DNA from: Gekko japonicus
Taxonomy: Eukaryota
Reading direction: 5' to 3'
Assembly (NCBI RefSeq): GCF_001447785.1
Contig: NW_015173690.1
Coordinates: 905,080-960,412 of the forward strand
Length of the DNA stretch: 55,333 nucleotides
The position numbers and the translations under genes were made by a program. Shown here piece by piece: positions 1 to 12,455 of the stretch (position 1 is its first letter; every line of letters starts with the position of its first letter). The notes under the pieces were generated by a model, which was given only the letters and a program-made list of their open reading frames with translations, was not told the origin of the DNA and did no database searches.

Positions 1-1359
1 GTGGGACTTAACTTTTCCCTCAGTGGCTGTTGGTGGGGATAATGAAATGGCAGTTACCTGTGTTTGTAAGATGGCTGCTGGGCTGCTGTCTGTGGTTGTT
101 TAAAATGTTCCGCCATAAGGTTTAATTGAGCTGTAGTTCCAGAGAGGTCTCACTCACTGGGTCGAATGGGGCTTCCTCATCTGCTGGACTACAGTTCCCA
201 GCTGCCCCAAGGCAGAAAAGGGCGGGAAAACAGGGGCTGTCCCAACACGCGGGGCGGCATCAGTATAGACTGCAGCCCATCCAGGGAGGAGGCCCTCTTC
301 ATCCTACAGGAGGTTAGGAAAGGCTCCTGCTTGCTGCCTGTGCTGATCGAGCTGTCCAGGCCACAAGCCAGCGACGTGGGGGAACCCTGCTCTCTTGGGC
401 CAGAGAGAGAGGGAGAGGCTAGAGCAGAGAGCCAAAGGCCAGCGTGTAAGGAAAGAGGATGGCGTTTAACCCCTGTGGGTTTATGCTGTGCTGGTTCATA
501 CAGTTGGTTCATGCACTCCTACAGTGAGTGTACACGCCCCATAACTGTATAGTTAGATAAATTCTTTTATTTGGGCTAATAATCTGTGTCGTGCTCTGAC
601 CACATAGTCTCCCCCGCTCTGCACAATAACAAAGGGAGGGGGTAGCCCAAGGAGGCAAGGAAAGGCCAGACCCTTGGGTTGCCAACTTTCCAGAGATCCC
701 CCAAAGACTGGGGATTCCATCTCCAAATATGGAGATTTGGCCAGAGGGGTCTCACCGTCCCTCTAAAAAGGCAGTGACAATTCAGTGAGTCGTGGGAGGA
801 AATTTAAGGAGTGAGATACGCCCACGGGACGAGGGTGGGAGGCAAACAGCTGAGTGGTAAACTGGAGCCCGTTTCGCCACAGTAGGCAACCAAGCTCGGT
901 TCAGACAAAGGAAGGAAACCCTTTGCAGGCCTTTGTGAGGAACTCATTGGGGCCAGTATTGAGTCTAGGGTTGCCAGCTCCAGGTAGGGAGATTCCTGGA
1001 GATTTTCTGGAAGAGTCTATGGAAGCCAGGGTTTGGGGAGGGGAGAGGCCTCAGCTGAACAGAATGCCATACAGCCCACCTTCTAAAGCAGTTATTTTCT
1101 CTGCGGGGGAGATCTGTTAAGTCTCCAAAGACTAGAAATTTCTTTTTCCAATATTCAGTTTACTGGATGCAATTCAAACGCCATCAACACCAATGGATCA
1201 TGCATATCATCTCGTTTCGTGTACAACTTTTGTCAGTGAATAGTCGAAATACAAGACTAATCAATTTAACAAACTCACTGGTAGTATTTTAAAATCCATC
1301 ATGGATTTTGAAGAATGTCACTATGAAATACTACCAGTGAGTTTGTTTCCTTTTCCACA

Positions 1360-2163
1360 ATCTCCAGGTGAGGGCTGGAGATCACTCAGAATTAAAACTG
1401 CTCTCCAGATGGCAGAGATCAGTTCTCCTGGAGAAAATGGTGGACTCTGTGGCAGTCAGGGCTTCAGAGCATGGAAAATGGTGGACTCTGGCAGCCAGGG
1501 CTTCAGAGCATGGGAGAGGCTGCAGGTGTGCGTGTGGGGGAATNNNNNNNNNNNNNNNNNNNNNNNNNNNNNNNNNNNNNNNNNNNNNNNNNNNNNNNNN
1601 NNNNNNNNNNNNNNNNNNNNNNNNNNNNNNNNNNNNNNNNNNNNNNNNNNNNNNNNNNNNNNNNNNNNNNNNNNNNNNNNNNNNNNNNNNNNNNNNNNNN
1701 NNNNNNNNNNNNNNNNNNNNNNNNNNNNNNNNNNNNNNNNNNNNNNNATGCAAAGCAGATAATGGCAGGTTGATGCTTGGCTGGGAAAGAGATAGGGTTG
1801 CCAACTCCAGGTTGGGAAATTCATGGAGATTTGGGGGGTGGAGCCTGGAGAGGGTGAAGTTTGAGGATGGGTGGAACCTCAGACAGGTACAATGCCACGG
1901 ACTCCACCCTCCAAACCACCCATTTCCTCCTGAGTAACAATTGTTGCCAATCTCCAGGTGAGGGCTGGAGATCACTGAAAATCACAACTGCTCTTCAAGT
2001 AGCAGAGATCAGTTCTTCTGGAGAAAATGGTGGACTCTGTGTCATTATACCCTGGTGAAGTCGCCATGGCATATTGACGCTGAGTGCCCAAGGCCTTGGC
2101 ACTCTCCAAGAGCCTCTTGCTAGAGCTTGTTGTATTTATTTCCACAACGGGCCTTATTTCTAG
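1360..2163 (+). mobile_element. Helitron 3' portion (same family); 5' end not identified
   Basis: Same 3' terminus (...CACAACGGGCCTTATTTCTAG|T), abutting a CR1 fragment. Confidence 0.65.
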
Positions 2164-2412
2164 TCATTAATAAACTAGCTAAAAAGCATCGGACCGAGTA
2201 CTGATCCCTACAGTACCCCACTGCTTACCACCCTCCACTGAGAAAATTTCCCATTTATACTCACTCTCTGTTTCCTATTAATTAGCCAGTTTTTGATCCA
2301 TGAAAGGACTTGTCCTTTTATCCTGTGATTTTTGAGCTTACTTAGGAGCCTTTGATGAGGAACTTTATCAAAAAACTTTCTTGAAGTCATGGTAAACAAC
2401 ATCTATTGGGTC
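2164..2412 (-). mobile_element. CR1 LINE fragment (RT region)
   Basis: Translates FDKVPHQRLLSKL...WIKNWL..RKQRVSING..SQWRVVSSGV. Confidence 0.9.
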
Positions 2413-2618
2413 CAATGTTCCCTCTAAGCTATGGAGTCTTGTGAACAAAAATTCTACTTTGTGAGCTACTGGCATTAAAGTTGTGAGCAAGCTATTTGGC
2501 TACTGCATAAATTAGTTTGCTCTGGAGCCATCTTTCCTGAGCTAAGAGAAAAATGTGTGAGCCGGAGGCTAAAAAACTGTGAGCTAGCTCACACTAACTC
2601 AGCTTAGAGGGAACACTG
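2413..2618. mobile_element. hAT-type MITE
   Basis: TIRs CAATGTTCCCTCTAAGCT / AGCTTAGAGGGAACACTG. Perfect 8-bp TSD ATTGGGTC (2405-2412, 2619-2626). Confidence 0.9.
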
Positions 2619-4547
2619 ATTGGGTCCTCCTTGTCACATCTTCCCCTTTTGGAAGAATATTAAACAAAGCTCATTTGACCTTTTATCTGAACTTGATAAA
2701 AAGTTCATCCCAGGCTAGATAATTTACCAGATAAACATAGCACACCCCTAAACACATTTACTCAGACGTACATCCCACAAAGCACTATGTATTTTCTTAC
2801 AACTGAGCAGAGGTGCAACTTGAAGCAGCCAAGAATAAATAATATGTATGTAAACTGGAAGTTGTAAATGATCCTACATATGCAACCAAATAAGAATGAT
2901 TATATTCATACACTATGGAAAACCAAGATGTTTATGACCAGTTAATATCTTATTTTACATGGGATTCAAAATATTTTGTAACGCCCCCAAATCATAAGAG
3001 ATTTTTAGCACTTCCTTTTAAAAGCCTATTTCATAACTTTATACATTCATGCAGAATAAAAAATGTCTAATTTTTGTATTGAGTTGTTATACTTTTAGCT
3101 GCTGTATATGTACTGGAATTCACTGCAACCAAACCATATCAGGGCAATTAAAGTGTGCTTTATTAATTAGTGAGATCTTTATAAATTTGGATTGTAATAA
3201 AGAAAACAACAATAAAACTAGATATCATAACCAGATCAGTATTTATTTTCAACAGTTATGTCAGTATCAAGACAGCTCTCACAATATTTACATTTATGTA
3301 ATTCCTTTATCAGTCTATTTGTAATTTACTTGAAAATTTGTACTCTGAAGTTTCTTGCCCAACAACTGTTTGAAGTAGCCACAGTTCATTGTACCAATGT
3401 CCACTAGCTGGCCCTAGCACTGTAAAACATCTGCAGTATAGCTGAGCTATCAATTGCTCTCCACCTGTAATATAGCATAACAAATACTAAAAAAAAAATG
3501 ACACATGTGCATGGCTGGGGCTTCTAATGGACTTCAGGTATAATACCCTATGAACCTTTTTCAAGCCATGAAAACTACAGCTCTTGGCACAATCCTTTTC
3601 TGACCTCATCTTAAAGTTAACTATTTTAGACTATATTTATTTTGCCTTTTACCCTCTTTAAGTAGGAGTAGGATATCTCAGCTTTGGCAGTCTTTGCTTG
3701 CATTGTCATATTTTGATATGATTAAGAGACTGGAATATTAGAGAAGTTCTTTGTTGATACCAGGCACAAGTATCACTGATTTCAATAACTGTATTGAAGA
3801 ACAGGATTAAATTAATCCCATTGATATAATGTGAATAAGAAACATTAGAGATACTTCTTGCAAATTTCTGATGAAGGCAGGTGACTGTAATGCAACTTCT
3901 CAACTCAAACATTCTCAAACCTTTTTCAAGTCAGAACCAGAGCTCTAAATCAGGGCCTAATTCAAAACTGGGTCTACTATCTGTGCTTCCTGGAAAACTG
4001 ACTGTGTGTGTGTGTGGGGGGGGAGAGATGATAACCAATACTGCGCAAGAGCTTGTTAAACACAGGATATACTCTTGCAATTCTGATCTCGGCTGTCACT
4101 GCCTGCCAATGTTTATGCGAACTGTAGTTCTTTTTACCTTATAATTTTCTTGGCCTCCTAGTTCAAACTATAATTTTAATCTATTTTGATAGGAAATGAT
4201 AACCAGGAATACTGAAATTGGGATTACCACCCCTAATACAATGCTGGTTACTTGCAAAGGCAAGGACTATTGCTGAAACTGGGTGGGAGTGAGATGAGCA
4301 AGGTAGTGGGGGACAGGCATCTGTTTGTGGCATGGAGGGATCTGTTGCAACCATCCTTTTTGAGCAACTGCAGAAACCCTAGAACTTTTTCAAGGGTTCA
4401 GCTAGGTCACATATAAAATAATATTGTTTTTCAAGTTAAGCACAGGGATGGATTTGCTCCATCATTTCTAAAAGTAATAAAATGCAGATTAACACATTCA
4501 AGATCAATTAGAAACCTCCATGACTCATCACATTGATGAACAACATA

Positions 4548-5849
4548 TTAGGATACATCTTCCCACCACTTTCTTTGCATTTGCTGCCTGAAGGAGTTCC
4601 CTGCAAACTGGTTGCTTGCCTTTTCTCGTCCACCTGTTTTGTCAGACACCCTCATTTTCTTCACCGTCTCAAACTGATGATTTGAATAAGAGGCAGGGTC
4701 TACAAAGCCAGAATGTTTCCTTCTTGGAACAAACTGCAAAGCTTTCATCCAATCCCCAGTGTCTTTCAAACTCATTAAGATTTGCATCATTTGGTCTAGA
4801 GTAAGGTTTTTGGCACCTTCCTCCCACTGCAAGTATTTGTCCAAAGGAAGCCGTGCTGTTGCCAGTTTCAGCCGTTTTGCCTGGGCGAGAGAGACTCCTT
4901 TCTGTATTGACTTGTCAACTAGGGATCCAATTATATAGATTTTATCATGCTCAAACTTTTCCATTATGTTAGGAGAATCAGCAGTTAAGTAGACAAGCTG
5001 ATCTCGTGGGAAGACTTCAACATGACTCTGTTCTGTCACTGTCACAAACAACTTATCCCATGCTTCTCCATAGCGTTTGAGAAACACTTTATGATAAGGA
5101 CCATCCATGTTGAGATTACAGTAATGCAAATGAAATGGGTCTACAGCTCTACGATTGACCCCTTCAGCTTCCATCATCTGTTTCACTGCATTTTCCATTT
5201 CTCTGTGTGACATGCTGTTTTCATAGGCCATATCGAACACCAGAGGCTGACCAAAGAGCATAGACTGAGCAGCCCGCCAGTTGAATATAGCATCCCCTGA
5301 CTTGGACCAAAACATCATCAAAAATGTATTCTTTACCTCACCATCATTATTTTCATTAGCTTTTTGTATCTCTTCCTCCCTTATTTGCTTTTTTTTTTCA
5401 CGCTTTTCTTTCTCGGCTCTCTTTTTACCTTCCTTTATAGCCAGGAATTTTAAATACTTGCTTTTTGAAGCCTTACTAGGATATTCCATTAAGGTTTTGA
5501 ATTCTTCTTCACTGATATGTTCTGGAACAGCTCTACCCAGCAATCTCCACAACTCAATCAATTCTCTAGTAGCTGCTAAATTGGAGTCGTCATCATTCTC
5601 TGATGTTTTCTCACTGATTTCTTCTTGTGAAACAGATCGCACAACACGTTTCCATCCATCCAAATCTAATTTTTCAGTGCTGGCTGACGAGGAATCCTTA
5701 CTCAACCAAGGAGACAAAACAAATGTTCTGCAAGTAATTACTTTGCAAGGCTTTATAAAAAATGACCCCCTTTTTATCCCATCTTGTAGAGCTAAAGGGA
5801 AGACAAGTCTTCTAACAACATTAAACAGATGCTTGTTGGAAATGTTCAT
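4548..5849 (-). CDS. TRMT10C: tRNA methyltransferase 10 homolog C (mitochondrial RNase P protein 1), single coding exon, 433 aa
   Basis: Long ORF with Trm10 SPOUT motifs (FGQPLVFDM, LVYLTADSP, IYIIGSLVDK, ATARLPLDKYLQW, NLTLDQMMQIL, FVPRRK). The first ATG is at 5849, just after a splice acceptor (exon begins at 5877). The track's start at 5870 is a TTG. Confidence 0.97.
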   Translation of the reverse strand: MNISNKHLFNVVRRLVFPLALQDGIKRGSFFIKPCKVITCRTFVLSPWLSKDSSSASTEKLDLDGWKRVVRSVSQEEISEKTSENDDDSNLAATRELIELWRLLGRAVPEHISEEEFKTLMEYPSKASKSKYLKFLAIKEGKKRAEKEKREKKKQIREEEIQKANENNDGEVKNTFLMMFWSKSGDAIFNWRAAQSMLFGQPLVFDMAYENSMSHREMENAVKQMMEAEGVNRRAVDPFHLHYCNLNMDGPYHKVFLKRYGEAWDKLFVTVTEQSHVEVFPRDQLVYLTADSPNIMEKFEHDKIYIIGSLVDKSIQKGVSLAQAKRLKLATARLPLDKYLQWEEGAKNLTLDQMMQILMSLKDTGDWMKALQFVPRRKHSGFVDPASYSNHQFETVKKMRVSDKTGGREKASNQFAGNSFRQQMQRKWWEDVS

Positions 5850-6560
5850 TTTTGGAAATGTGGTATCCAACAGTTACCTGCAATTATATATAGAAAGATA
5901 ATTGCAAATTAGCAGACATACGCAATAGTGAAACTGTTTCTAAGCATATCTTAAAATATTATAACAGAAATATATACGTCCCTGGCTACAGATTGCCAGT
6001 TGAAGTACATATTCAAGTCTTGCAATACCTCAAGGAAGAATGGTTAAAACTGTTTAAGAAAGCAAGAAGCCTTTAGGCAGCTAAAGATGATGGAGTGAAG
6101 GTTATGGGCTATAAGAAAGCGGTGGTAATTAGCTGTGATGCTTTTGCAAAGCTATTTACTGAGAAAGTATCTCAAATACTCTGATTTGAATAATGGTGAT
6201 AATACAGCTGAGACAAACCTCAACACTGCATCCAGCCACTTTATGGATCACCATGAGCTAGTTATTGTGATATATACAGCCAAGATGCTAGAATCTGTGG
6301 ACGCCAGCTCTTGTGCATTACACTCTTGGCTATTCTGGATATTTAAAGCTTATAAACATCACATCAATGAGTCCATCATAAACCAATCCCCGACCCAGGG
6401 TACATTTAATTGTGCCTTAAAACAAGCGATCATTTGTCCATTACTTAAACAAAAATGCAGCTAATTTTTGCTCTGTCTGTAGCTTGCCCTTCCTGAGCAA
6501 AGTGATATTAAAATTGGTCAGTCTGGTTTCATGTCTGGCTATAGGATAGAATGGCACTGG

Positions 6561-6864
6561 AGTTGTAGAAAAAGAGCTGCCGGAGCTCATTAGCATAACT
6601 CATTAGCATAACTTATTTGCATATGCCACGCCCCCTGACATCACCGGAAGTGACAGAAGGCCACACCCCCTGACATCACCGGAAGTGTGTCAGAAGGCCC
6701 GGCTACTTACCCTCCTGCTTCATCCTCATTCCCAAACGGAATGAGGATCGAAGCAGAGGGCGGGGTAAAGAAGGGGGCGGGGCTTCACCACGTGACCGCC
6801 CCGCCCCCTAGAGGTTCTCTTCCGGAGCTCCGTACCTGAGAGCTCCCCCCCGACTAGAGCCCTG
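6561..6864. mobile_element. MITE-like insert flanked by a 17-bp direct duplication
   Basis: GGATAGAATGGCACTGG at 6544-6560 and 6865-6881. Ends in AGCCCTG (hAT-like TIR) and has an internal hairpin. Confidence 0.7.
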
Positions 6865-7306
6865 GGATAGAATGGCACTGGTGGCTTTACTACATGATCT
6901 CATGTTATTCAATAGCTATGTGAAGCCCTTGGGAAGAAATAATTTGTGGATTTGGCAAGGGGTGCCACCAATATGCTGATGAAACCTAGCTCTACATTTC
7001 TTTATTCAAATCGCACGGTGATGCTATAGAGTGTCTGTAGCTGAATGGCTAAGGGTAAACAAGCTGAAAGTTAATCCAGACAAGATGGAGATAATGTTGA
7101 CTGGGAAGGCTGAGGTCCTAAAGAGCACGAGGCTCCCCACTTCCGATGGAGTCCATCGTCTTGGTTAAGAGGCTAAGGGCAAGTCTGGATCTAGTTTTAC
7201 TGCTGCAGAAGCAAGCTGATGCAGCCGCAACTCTACCAACTCTACTTAGCATGGAAAGTGGCCCCCTACCTTGATTCATCTGACCTGGCTGTGTAGATTC
7301 ACAGTA

Positions 7307-7564
7307 GGAGGAGGAGATTGAATTTATACCCTGCCCTTCACTACCCAAAGGCATCTCAGAGCGGCTTACAAACTCCTTTCCCTTCCCCTCCCCACAACAG
7401 ACACCCTCTGAGGTAGGTGAGGCTGAGAGATCTCTGACAGAAACGGCTCTTTTTCAGGAACAGCTGTGCCAGAACTACAGCTTGCCCAAGGTCACCCAGC
7501 AGGTGCATATGGAGTGGGGAATCAAAAACCCTGCTCTCCAAAATTAGAGTCCACGCACTTAACC
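7307..7564 (-). mobile_element. tRNA-derived SINE (Squam3-like)
   Basis: Reverse complement of the copies at 8748, 13487 and 33895. Confidence 0.85.
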
Positions 7565-8747
7565 TTGAGACTACTAAAGTACCTGGTCTCGCCATCTACA
7601 GTCTGTGCTTGCTGTGAATCTAAGGAAAGACCAATGAACTGACCAACAAGACAGATCACCGGATATGTTAATATGACTGTCACAATCAACTTAAGCAGTA
7701 TTGACTACAGATCCTGCTAGCACTTTATATTATAATATTATAATTTTGTATGGTTTTAGAAGGTTTTATGATTGCATAACTGTTATTTATGTGGTTTATT
7801 TTCATGTAAGCTGCCCTGAGCCTGCTTTGGCGGGGAAGGTGGGGTATAAATTTGAATAAACAAATACATAAAGCACTCTATGTGGGTCAGCCCCTTAAAG
7901 ACAATTCAGAAACTCCAGCTGGTGCAGAACATTGTAGCCTAACTATTATTGGGTGTTAAGTGGAATCTTCGTATCACTCTGACTCTGCAGACACTCTGTT
8001 AGTTACTAATCAGTTACTGGGCTCAATTCAAGGATGTAGGTATCACTTAGAAAGCTCTTAACAGCACTGAATCCATGCACTCAGACTATCTCACCTGCTG
8101 TTTTTCACTGTGATACCTTTGCTCATCAGAGCAAAGCCTTCTGAAGGTGTCACCTGCAAACATGTAAAATCGGCAGCTGCCCATTCATGTGCATTCTCTG
8201 TAGTAGCTCCCACATTGTGGAATGGTCTGCTTGAGGCTATTAGAAAGGCCTCCATTCTTCTGTTGTTTTGCAAAATGTGAAAAACAGAATTGTTTAGGAG
8301 GGTATTTATGTAGTGAGAGTACAGGTGTGGTGTAATGGAACAGCCTGGTAAGTGACCTGTATTATTAGGAATAATGTGCTTTCCCCCTCCAGTTCTTTAA
8401 TCCCAACTCTACTGCATTACATTGTTTAACTAGGAATCTCTGATGTTAGATTCAAATGTTGTTATCATTCAAATGATATCATATTTTGTTATCGGTTTAC
8501 TGATTGACAGAATAGTTCTGTGATACGTAATCCACCTAGAGTCTCTGTGAGAAAGGCAGACTATAAATGAAAATAAATAAAATTAGGATTAAGACTGCAA
8601 TGGGCAAGAAAGTACAATACTTTAAAGACATTGATAAGGAATTTATGCAGGTCATGGAAGAAAATGAAAACAACACAGAAATTTGAAGAAAGGCATCACA
8701 GTTCTTTAGCCTGTTACCATGATAAGCCTTTGCCTACCTGATCTTAT

Positions 8748-9020
8748 TTTGGTGTAGTGGTTAAGTGCGCGGACTCTAATCTGGGAGAACCGGGTTTGAT
8801 TCCCCACTTCTCCACTTGCACCTGCTGATGTGACCTTGGGTCAGTCACAAGCTCTGGCACAGCTGTCCTTGAAAAAGAGCAGTTTGTGTCAGAGGTCTCT
8901 CAGCCCCACCCACCTCACGGTGTCTGTTGTGGGGAGGGGAAGGGAAAGGAGTTTATAAGCCGCTCTGAGACTCCAAGTGAAGGGCGGGATATAAATCCAA
9001 TCTCTTCTTCTCTTCTTCTT
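8748..9020 (+). mobile_element. tRNA-derived SINE (Squam3-like)
   Basis: A box TGGTGTAGTGG, B-box-like GGTTTGATTCC, CTT-rich tail. Confidence 0.88.
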
Positions 9021-9789
9021 TTTAAATGACCAAAACACAGACTAGTCAGTATGGTACCAGCTTCTCCTTTGCAGACATCTTAATTTACAACAATGTAGCA
9101 ATAATCCATTTCCAAAGCCTGAAGTAATTTTTTTTTACAAATCTACCTACCCATTTACAAAGAAAAACCAAGTGACTAAAAACTGCTGTATGTGATTATT
9201 CTACTTATAAGGATACAGAATGGCCTGCTGGAAGAATAAAAGTCAGGTGGCACTAATATATAGTGAAATAAATGAAAATGGATGGGACAAGATAGCAGCC
9301 GGCTTTAAAAAGAAGGCTGTCCTATTTCAAAACATGGATGTTTTGTATGCTGGAAGGCAGTTTGACAATGGTTAAGAATTCTCAGTGTGACTGTGTATTC
9401 CTGATAGGCTATATGGTCACTTTATTTATTTTAACATATTTCTTGCCTGTTGTTTACCACCTTGATCCTTTGGATAAAATCAGCACAAACATGTTTTACT
9501 ACAAATGAGCAATCTTCATGTTGCTTTGTGGCCAGTATCTTTCCCTTCCCCTCATGTTTTTTTTTCATTCCCCCCGCACTTTCAAACATTATGATTGTTA
9601 GGCACCGTTTATGTAAGATGCTCTTGTGTTTTTTAAAGGGAAAAAGTTGGGAGGCCCCTGGGGAAGAGGGGGAAAACAAATGGGAACTCAGCTCCTCAAC
9701 AATAGCAGAAAATTGTGAAGACATATTAACAGTGTCCTGCTTGTCTAGTTTTATAACTCATGCAGTCTAGTGCTATAACCCAGATAGTA

Positions 9790-10133
9790 AAAGGTAAAGG
9801 TTCCCTTGCTCGAAAGCCAGTCGAATCCGACTCTAGGGTTGCGGTGCTCATCTCCGTTTCAAAGCCGAAGAGCCAGCGCTGTCCGAAGACGTTTCCGTGG
9901 TCATGTGGCCGGCATGACTAAAAACCAAGGCGCACGGAACACTGTTAGCTTCCCACCGAAGTGGTACCTATTTATCTACTTGCAATTTCTTGCTTTTGAA
10001 CTGCTAGGTTGGCAGGAGCTGGAACTAGAGACAGGAGCTCACCCCGTCTTGCGGCACCCGGGTCTTGAACTGCTGAATTACTGACCATCCACAGCCTGCA
10101 GTTCAGCGTCTTAACCACTTGAGTCACCGCAGC
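9790..10133 (-). mobile_element. Sauria SINE, full length
   Basis: (ACCTTT)n tail, Bov-B-like 3' end and tRNA-like head. Near-identical to the 23280 copy. Confidence 0.85.
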
Positions 10134-10203
10134 TACTGTAGTAATTAATACTGATTTTTGAGTCTACATGAGCAGAAAGCTGCTCATTTATCTCCGAATC
10201 TGA

Positions 10204-10560
10204 GGTCCCGGTCACACAGCGAATTTGCCGCGGGAGAGCCACGGGTGGTGGGCGGATTATTGGGGTGTGATCACACCGCAACATCTGGCAAGTGGAGCGC
10301 ACCCGTGGCCAACCTGTGGCATACCGCTGAAAAAGTGCAATTAAAAAACAGTACCTCGCATGTAGTGGCAAACGGTTTGCCATGGGCTGCCTCTGGACTC
10401 CTGCGGTGTGATCACACTGGCCCCTCGGTAATGCGCAGGTGGGGAGGACAGGACCCGTGGTTTGCCGCTGATGCGTCGGATTGTGTTCTGGCAGCTCTAA
10501 TTGCACGGGAGCAATTAGCCACGCCTCCCCCCACGTTATCCGGCCTGTGTGACCGGGGCC
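10204..10560. mobile_element. Palindromic MITE (PIF/Harbinger-like)
   Basis: TIRs GGTCCCGGTCACACAG / CTGTGTGACCGGGGCC, internal GTGTGATCACAC palindromes, CpG-rich. Confidence 0.75.
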
Positions 10561-11299
10561 TGTGTAATGCAATACAGGAAAGAAGAGCATTTTTACCATC
10601 CTTTCTCAGTCATATCATATGAAAGAGCATGGGAAGAGGGGATTATTGCCACTTTTCCTTCAAGGCTAATAAATCCTGCTCCCAAGTGACTCAGTGGTAA
10701 AGGGGGATAAGAGTCCTTAAAAGCTTGCAGCATCCTAAACTGAAGATGAATGAGTGCAGAGAATTAGTGACAAAAGGTTAATACCTTCCTGGGCAATAAT
10801 GTCCCATTCCAGGATACTTAGAAAGTCTATCAAATTCTCCCTCTCATGCCTTAAAAAAAAAGTTTGACACTCAGCCACTTACAACATTCCATAGCTGCGT
10901 GCAGAAACAAGCATACTAGTCCTTGTTAGGCCATGGGGAAGGGGGGGGGCTTTAACAAAATGCATTCTAATGTCAGGAAACACACAGAAAATCCTCATCT
11001 TCTCTCTGTGGCCTTATTTCCTGCTCCACTGGAATACTTGCGAGTATCAAATTGGCAGCTAAAAGGCCGAATGGGATTTATAAAAAAATCCATTTCCGCT
11101 TAAGAAGTTATAACAATAACTTTTTCCTGAAGATCTATACAACGTCAATGGCCTGATGGGGTCTTTAGCATTACGCCAAGCAGCTGATGACATAGACTCT
11201 GCGCTACAGGGGTGGAGGAGTCCTCTCTTGTATCAGAATGTATCTCAGTCTATCTTTTCAAAACTCGAATGCTAATTGTTTTCTCTCTCTCCATCCCCT

Positions 11300-11790
11300 A
11301 CCGTAATACTCACCTACAGTAACTGAATCCACGCGCTTCCTCACGCCACACTTGCCCAGTCCGTTACCAATCGCCTTCCCGCCGGAAGCGAGAGCAACAC
11401 TCTCATCGGAAGTTACGACTCGGCACGACGGCTCCGCCAACGGACAAGTTCCGCCTTGATCGGGGTAACTTTTGAGAGCGAAGGGAATCGCTTCCACTGA
11501 TTGGAGAGCTACTAAGCCAATCACTAAGTGCTAGAACAACCTACTAAGCGGGTGCTGAGGGAAGGTTTTGCGATCGTTCCCTTCCTGCGGGCTTCTGGGG
11601 CTTGTGCGCATGCGTCGTGGGTGTTAGTTTTATCGTTGGCTTCGGAGAGCTCTGTAGGAAGGGTGAATGTTGCTTTCAGGCTGAGTCGTCATGAGTTTTC
11701 TATTGCCCAAACTAAGCAGGAAAAAGGAAGTGGACGAGGCTATCAAGACCGTGGCCGAGAAAGTCCTGGTGCTTCGCTTTGGCAGAGATG
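11300..11790. promoter_or_regulatory. CpG-island bidirectional promoter TRMT10C/TXNL4B
   Basis: CpG-dense against a CpG-poor background. ETS/GABP CGGAAG sites at about 11382 and 11406, CCAAT boxes at about 11500 and 11517, and an NRF1-like TGCGCATGCG at 11605-11614. Confidence 0.8.
11314..11420 (-). other. TRMT10C: TRMT10C non-coding first exon (5' boundary approximate)
   Basis: Strong donor TAG|GTGAGT on the minus strand (GT at 11313-11312) at the edge of the CpG island. It pairs with the acceptor at 5879-5878. Confidence 0.65.
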
Positions 11791-11822
11791 AGGATCTTGT
11801 CTGCTTGCAACTGGATGATATT
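11691..11822 (+). CDS. TXNL4B: Thioredoxin-like 4B (Dim2), coding exon 1
   Basis: Translates MSFLLPKLSRKKEVDEAIKTVAEKVLVLRFGRDEDLVCLQLDDI, followed by a GTGAGC donor. Matches the Dim2 N-terminus. Confidence 0.95.
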
Positions 11823-12239
11823 GTGAGCAGGTGTTTGGGTCTGTAGATCGAGCACTGGGGTGTTTTGCATGTTATTCGTATTTATTTGTCATGGTGTACT
11901 GGATTAAGCATTTCCCGGGAATAATTTTCTACCACAGTTAAAATAAAAATATTAAAACGTCAAGTGAAGCCCTTACTTTCTCCGCTCCTCAAAAGGAGTT
12001 TCTGTGTACCTCCCTCTGTGGTCGTTTACGGCTCCTTAAAATAAATATTCTTTATCCATAATTTCGTAGGACTTTCAAGGAAGAGTTTTCTTGGACTATT
12101 TTATTGATTCTATTTTATGGATTTATCTGCAGGTACAGGAAAATATTGAATTCTAAATTGCTTTGGACGTTATTTAAACAATCACTTTAAGAGTATTTGT
12201 ACTGATGTAAGCTGCCTTCAAAGCAGGGAAAAGGTGAGA

Positions 12240-12455
12240 TGGTGGTGGAAAGTGCTGTCAAGTCACTGCTGACTTATGGCGACCCCACAGAGTTTTCAGG
12301 GCAAGAGACGTTCAGCGGTGGTTTGCCATTGCCTGCCTCTGTGTCATGAGCCTAGCATTCCTTGGAGGTCTCCTATTCAAATACTAGCCAGGGCTGCTCC
12401 TGCTTAGCTTCTGAGATCAGATGAGATCAGGCTAGCCTGGCCTACACAGGTTAAG
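12240..12455 (-). mobile_element. 5S rRNA-derived SINE
   Basis: Reverse complement of the family at 44095 and 48997. Contains 5S-like GATCTCAGAAGCTAAGCAGG. Confidence 0.75.

Larger units (their letters stand above)
6200..8310 (+). mobile_element. Degenerate L2-type LINE interrupted by younger insertions
   Basis: Remnants such as LKVNPDK.E (about 7064) and KLQLVQN (about 7910). Multiple frameshifts. Confidence 0.6.

Noticed and set aside
1-631. Possible LTR remnant with short ORFs
   Set aside because: The 5' end is outside the window and no coding similarity was recognised. Too weak to call.
1301-1975. ORFs of 100-197 aa crossing the N run (also 30755-31117)
   Set aside because: They are open only because of assembly gaps.
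5850-5870. Track's N-terminal extension of TRMT10C (and 17667 start for FAM172B)
   Set aside because: These are TTG starts allowed by the ORF caller. The first ATGs are at 5849 and 17661.
5281-5901. 206-aa plus-strand ORF
   Set aside because: Antisense shadow of the TRMT10C coding exon. TTG start and no recognisable family.
8748-8810. tRNA-like A/B boxes (also 13487, 33899, 19368)
   Set aside because: These are SINE heads continuing into SINE bodies, with no proper cloverleaf.
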